A DNA stretch of 38,466 bases from Polyangiales bacterium. GTDB lineage: Bacteria; Myxococcota_A; Polyangia; Polyangiales; DASUME01. The stretch lies in assembly GCA_040508235.1 (NCBI GenBank), contig JBEVNG010000011.1, positions 1 to 38,466 of the forward strand, in the 5' to 3' direction. The notes under the pieces are model-generated. The model was not told the DNA's origin. It ran no database searches and saw only the letters and a list, made by a program, of their open reading frames with translations. Made by a program: the position numbers and the translations under genes. This document shows positions 34,871 through 38,466 of this stretch, piece by piece (positions within the stretch are counted from its first letter, which is position 1; every line of letters starts with the position of its first letter).

Positions 34871-35743
34871 TCATGCCGTTTGTACGTCGGCTTGCAGGCG
34901 CGCGAGCGTCACGTCCGCCAGCGCCTCCAGCACGCCGAGCGTCACGCGCTGCAGATCCTCGAAGCGCGCGCGAGTGGGCAGGCTGCCCGTCAGCAGCTCG
35001 TTCTCCAGCGCGATCGCGCGGCGTGCGGCCGAGGTCGACGCCGCGCCGAGCGTGCCCTGCAGCTTGTGGGCGAGCTCGCGCAATTGAGCGAGGTCCCCAG
35101 CTCGCCAGCGCTCTTCCATGCGCGCGAGCTCCCGGGGCAGCGAGCTCTTCAGGACCACGAGCACCTTCGCCAGGATCGCCGCATCCTCGCCGCACGCCGC
35201 GAGCAACACCCGTGCGTCGATGGGTGCCGCGGCGGCGAGCGCGCGGTCGACCAGGCTCCAGAGCTTGGCGCCCTGGATCGGCTTGGGCAGGAGGTCGGTG
35301 AGGCCGGCGTCGAGGCAACGTTGCCGATCCTCCGCACGCGCGGTCAGCGCCACCACCTGCAGGTGCCCCCCCTGCTCGCGTTCGCGCTGGCGTTGGCACG
35401 CGACCACCTCGAAGCCATCGAGTCCCGGCATGTGCAGGTCGAGCAGCATCAGGTCGAACGGATCACGCTCGAGCAGCGCCAGGGCTTCGAGGCCATGGTG
35501 CGCGCGGACCGTGTGGTGGCCACGTCGCTGCAACAGCTCGCGCATCAGCTCGGCGTTGAGCTCGTTGTGCTCCGCGACGAGGATGCGCCCGGTGCGGGGC
35601 GGCGTCGGATCCTGCACGGCTTGGGTCGAGTCCACGAGCGCTGCCTCAGCGACGACCGTGCCAAACGTCGACAGGCCGTAAATCGCCTCTCTAATACGCG
35701 GAGCGCGGCGCGCGTGTGGCCAGCATTTGGCCACTCGGCGCAC
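34871..35743 (-). CDS. Response regulator receiver + Hpt (histidine phosphotransfer) fusion protein
   Basis: The REC domain has RILVAEHNELN...DLMLLDLHMPGLDG...LPKPI. The C-terminal Hpt has LAHKLQGTLGAA. The start is uncertain: GTG 35743, or GTG 35635 with GAGG upstream. Confidence 0.8.
   Translation of the reverse strand: MRRVAKCWPHARRAPRIREAIYGLSTFGTVVAEAALVDSTQAVQDPTPPRTGRILVAEHNELNAELMRELLQRRGHHTVRAHHGLEALALLERDPFDLMLLDLHMPGLDGFEVVACQRQREREQGGHLQVVALTARAEDRQRCLDAGLTDLLPKPIQGAKLWSLVDRALAAAAPIDARVLLAACGEDAAILAKVLVVLKSSLPRELARMEERWRAGDLAQLRELAHKLQGTLGAASTSAARRAIALENELLTGSLPTRARFEDLQRVTLGVLEALADVTLARLQADVQTA
35648..35663 (-). promoter_or_regulatory. Sigma54 (-24/-12) promoter-like match inside the 5' part of the REC-Hpt ORF
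   Basis: The minus strand reads TGGCACGGTCGTCGCT, with a single mismatch in the -12 element. It lies 14 nt upstream of the in-frame GTG at 35635. Confidence 0.3.
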
Positions 35744-35746
35744 TCT

Positions 35747-36337
35747 TCAGGGCGTCCAGTCCTGGCCGGTCTCGCAGTCGACGTGGCGCAGCGACAGCTT
35801 CCCTTCCGCGATCTCCAGCACGCCGAACACGATGGGCAGGCGCATGCGACGCGGCCCGATCGAGCCTGGGTTGAACACGGTGAGCCCCTTGTCGCGACCG
35901 ATGAACGGCACGTGCGAGTGGCCGCAGACGATCATGCGCGCCCCCGCCTCGTGCGCGAGCAGGGCGGCCTCCTTGCGCACGCGCGGACCGGCCACGACGA
36001 TGTGCATCAGCAGCATGGTCAGCACCGTGTCGTCGCCCGACTTGAGGTGCAGCGTGAGCCCGTCCGGCAGCTCGTTGGCGCGCTCGTCGATGTTGCCGCG
36101 CACCGCGTGCACCGGCGCCACCTGCGCGAGCTCTTCCAGCACCGCCAGGTCGCCGATGTCGCCGCCGTGCAGGATGGCGTCGGGCGCCAGCGCCGTCAGC
36201 AGCTCGCGCGTGCGCGGGTGCGGGTTGCTGTGCGTGTCCGCGACGCAGGCGAGGCGCAGCTTGCCCTCGCGCAGCGAGACGGTGCGCTCGTGCTGCACCC
36301 AGGACGCTACGCTCTTCGTAGCTCGAGCTCGACCCAT
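35747..36337 (-). CDS. Metallophosphoesterase, YfcE/MJ0936-like
   Basis: Track ORF 35747..36790 was trimmed. The motifs are VADTHSN, HGGDIGD, RGNID and VCGHSH. The start is either ATG 36337, which overlaps the upstream gene by 31 nt, or GTG 36298. Confidence 0.85.
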   Translation of the reverse strand: MGRARATKSVASWVQHERTVSLREGKLRLACVADTHSNPHPRTRELLTALAPDAILHGGDIGDLAVLEELAQVAPVHAVRGNIDERANELPDGLTLHLKSGDDTVLTMLLMHIVVAGPRVRKEAALLAHEAGARMIVCGHSHVPFIGRDKGLTVFNPGSIGPRRMRLPIVFGVLEIAEGKLSLRHVDCETGQDWTP

Positions 36338-37152
36338 CCGTGGTGCGTAGCACCTGGAGCGAGCTTCAGCAGACCTTCGCCGCTGTTGAGCGCGTCGGGC
36401 GGCGAGGTCCAGGGCTCGATGCAGACGTAGTCCTTGTCGGCCAGGCTCCACACCACCCAGCGCGTGAACTCGCGCGAGGCACGCACCGCCAGCGTGGTGC
36501 CGTCTCCGTAGTGCAGCGCGCTGTCGGTGCCGCCGTGATCCAGCAGGTACAGGTCCTGCTCCTTGCGCGTGAAGTCGAAGCCGGTGAAGGGACGAACTTC
36601 CTTGGTCACGTTGTCGAAGATGGTGCTGGCGCGCGTGTCGATGCGGGCCGCGGCCTTGTCCTGCAGCAGGAAGTACGGATGGAAGCCGAGCCCGAACGGC
36701 AGCGGCACGCGGCCCGTGTTCTCGACCTCGATGCCGAGCCGGAGCAACGCGTCGGTCAGCGTGATCTGCAGCTGGTAGCGAAAGTCCCACGGGAACTGCG
36801 CGCGCGTCTGCTCATTGGAGCGCAGCGTGAGCGTGGAGCCCTGCACCTGCCAGGGCTGGTTGCGCGCGAAGCCGTGCTGCTTCATCGCGCCGCGCTTGCC
36901 CTCATGGCTGAACGCGTCGTCGCGCAGCTTGCCGGGCGAGGGAAACAACACCGGCACGCCGCCGCGCACGTTCTTGCTGGCGTCCACGAGGCTCGCCTGC
37001 TCGAGGTACAGCAGCTCGCGGCCGTCCACCTGAAACGAGGTGATCAAGCCGCCGCGCTGGGGCGCGACCTCTACGCGACTGCGCTCGCTCTCCAGCACGA
37101 GCAGGTCTCCGACCGCGGCTTCGCCCGAGGGGCGCGTTGAGAGCTTGGTCAT
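36307..37152 (-). CDS. Aldose 1-epimerase family protein (mutarotase-like)
   Basis: The motifs are [25 protein letters not shown] and CIEPWT. It is 281 aa and starts 18 nt after the ligase stop. Confidence 0.88.
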   Translation of the reverse strand: MTKLSTRPSGEAAVGDLLVLESERSRVEVAPQRGGLITSFQVDGRELLYLEQASLVDASKNVRGGVPVLFPSPGKLRDDAFSHEGKRGAMKQHGFARNQPWQVQGSTLTLRSNEQTRAQFPWDFRYQLQITLTDALLRLGIEVENTGRVPLPFGLGFHPYFLLQDKAAARIDTRASTIFDNVTKEVRPFTGFDFTRKEQDLYLLDHGGTDSALHYGDGTTLAVRASREFTRWVVWSLADKDYVCIEPWTSPPDALNSGEGLLKLAPGATHHGWVELELRRA

Positions 37153-37170
37153 CCGAGACCTTAGCGCGAG

Positions 37171-38466
37171 CTAGCGGTCGAGGCCCTGGCTGCGCGCGTG
37201 AACGGCACGAATCTGCGACAGCGTGTCCGCCGCGGCGGCTTCCTTGTCGGGACGGTAGCGCTTCACACGCGCGAAACGCAGCGCCAACCCCGCGGGATAG
37301 TGAGGACTCGTCTGCACGTCGTTGAGCGCGATCTCCACCACCAGCTCGGGTCGCACGTACACGGTGTAGTCGTCGCGGTGGGTCTCGCGCGCCAGCAGCT
37401 GCTCCGTCTGCCAGCGCAGCAGCTCGTCGGTCAGACCCTTGAAGGTCTTGCCGAGCATCACGAAGCCGCCGTTCTCCTCGTCGCGCGCGCCGAGGTGCAA
37501 GTTGCTGAGCCAGCCCTGACGCCGGCCGCTGCCCCACTCCGCCGCCAGCACCACCAGGTCGAACGTGTGCGCCTGCTTGAGCTTGAGCCAGCTCGCGCCG
37601 CGGCTGCCGGCGAAGTACGGCGCGTCGAGCGCCTTGGCCATCACGCCCTCGTGGCCGCGGTCGAGCGCTTCCTGGAAGAACGTCTCGGCCTGCTCCGGGT
37701 CGTCGGTGACGATGCGCGCGGGCTGGTTCGCGAGCGGCACCACACGCGCCAGCGCGGCGACGCGCTGTTCCGTCGACGCGTTGAGCAAGCTCTCGCCGTC
37801 GAGCTGCAGGCAGTCGAAGAAGAACGTGGAGAGCGGCAGCGTCTTCCGCAGCGCCTCGACGTCGAGCTTGCGCCCGAAGCGACGCATGGTCTCCTGGAAC
37901 GGCAGCGGCGAGCCGTCTTCACGCAGTGCGATCACCTCGCCGTCGAGCACCAGCTCGCGTGCCGGCAGCGTGCGCACCAGCTCGACCAGCTCCGGTACCG
38001 CGAACGTCACCTCGTTGAGCGAGCGCGTGTAGACCTTGACCTGCTCGTCCTGGCGATGGACCTGCACGCGCGCGCCGTCGAGCTTGATCTCCAGGATGGC
38101 GCGCTTCAGGCGCTCGATCGCCTCCGCGGGATCGGCCGCGGGCTCGGCCAGCATCGGCTGCAGCGGGCGAAACAAGCGCAGGTCGAACTCGGCCAGGCCC
38201 GCTTCACCGCGCGTGAACGCGACCTCCACCACCTCGCGCAGGTTGCCCGAGAGCATCTGCGCGCGACGCACGGAGGGCGACGACGTCTTGGACGCACTCG
38301 CGATCGCATCGAGGATCAAGCTCTCCAGCGCGCCCTGCCGCAGCTCGCCGAGCATCAAGCGGATCAGGAACGACTGCTCTTCGGCGGTGGCGCGCAGCAA
38401 CAGCGCACGCAGCGCATCGAGGCGTGCCTTCGCCGAGCCCTTGCCGCTGATCACCGCCAGCTCCGA
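37171..38466 (-). CDS. ATP-dependent DNA ligase (Lig1/LigB type). The N-terminus lies beyond the window end.
   Basis: The adenylation motif I is EIKLDGARVQVH, with downstream motifs FFFDCL, EGVMAK and WLKLK. The frame stays open to the window edge (…SELAVISGKGS), so the track start at 38454 (GTG) is internal. Confidence 0.9.
   Translation of the reverse strand, partial: SELAVISGKGSAKARLDALRALLLRATAEEQSFLIRLMLGELRQGALESLILDAIASASKTSSPSVRRAQMLSGNLREVVEVAFTRGEAGLAEFDLRLFRPLQPMLAEPAADPAEAIERLKRAILEIKLDGARVQVHRQDEQVKVYTRSLNEVTFAVPELVELVRTLPARELVLDGEVIALREDGSPLPFQETMRRFGRKLDVEALRKTLPLSTFFFDCLQLDGESLLNASTEQRVAALARVVPLANQPARIVTDDPEQAETFFQEALDRGHEGVMAKALDAPYFAGSRGASWLKLKQAHTFDLVVLAAEWGSGRRQGWLSNLHLGARDEENGGFVMLGKTFKGLTDELLRWQTEQLLARETHRDDYTVYVRPELVVEIALNDVQTSPHYPAGLALRFARVKRYRPDKEAAAADTLSQIRAVHARSQGLDR

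Overview
This is a 38.5-kb, roughly 70% GC, very gene-dense chromosomal segment. Its composition and gene content suggest a Myxococcota-type genome, but that is inference only. The supporting signs are many Cys-lipobox lipoproteins with Asp/Ala-rich linkers, a sigma54 enhancer-binding protein, a type III glutamine synthetase and planctomycete-type CxxCH modules. I support 39 coding features: 2 are cut by the window edges and 2 are short or degenerate. I saw no rRNA, tRNA, CRISPR array, transposase or integrase. Many long ORFs on the track are antisense or alternate-frame shadows typical of high GC, and most real genes needed N-terminal trimming of the track ORF. Gene content, left to right: LivJ-like binding protein (partial), SRAP/YedK peptidase, a cluster of two paralogous CxxCH + PHM/DBH-type copper monooxygenase lipoproteins around an alpha/beta hydrolase, YpfJ Zn-peptidase and a cytochrome P450. 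Then a TetR-controlled carotenoid-oxygenase operon, a LysR/aldo-keto reductase pair with a methyltransferase-tautomerase-EamA operon, and a beta-propeller lipoprotein. Then type III glutamine synthetase, a run of secreted or lipoprotein genes (beta-helix, beta-lactamase-like, Cys-rich, jelly-roll, ThuA) with a Kdo/WaaP-like kinase-fold protein and a rhomboid protease, a GNAT, and a REC-Hpt / NtrC-type EBP / two-CxxCH lipoprotein operon. Last come a phosphoesterase, an aldose epimerase and an ATP-dependent DNA ligase (partial). Most noteworthy: (1) the CxxCH-copper monooxygenase fusion pair and its neighbourhood. (2) The same CxxCH...MPP module in a third lipoprotein that sits behind an orphan phosphorelay. 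(3) Two near-consensus sigma54 promoter matches. (4) A recurrent TTGnnn-N16/17-TAnnnn-N6/7-start-codon geometry without Shine-Dalgarno, which implies leaderless mRNAs. All functional calls come from motif recognition by eye. No database search was run.
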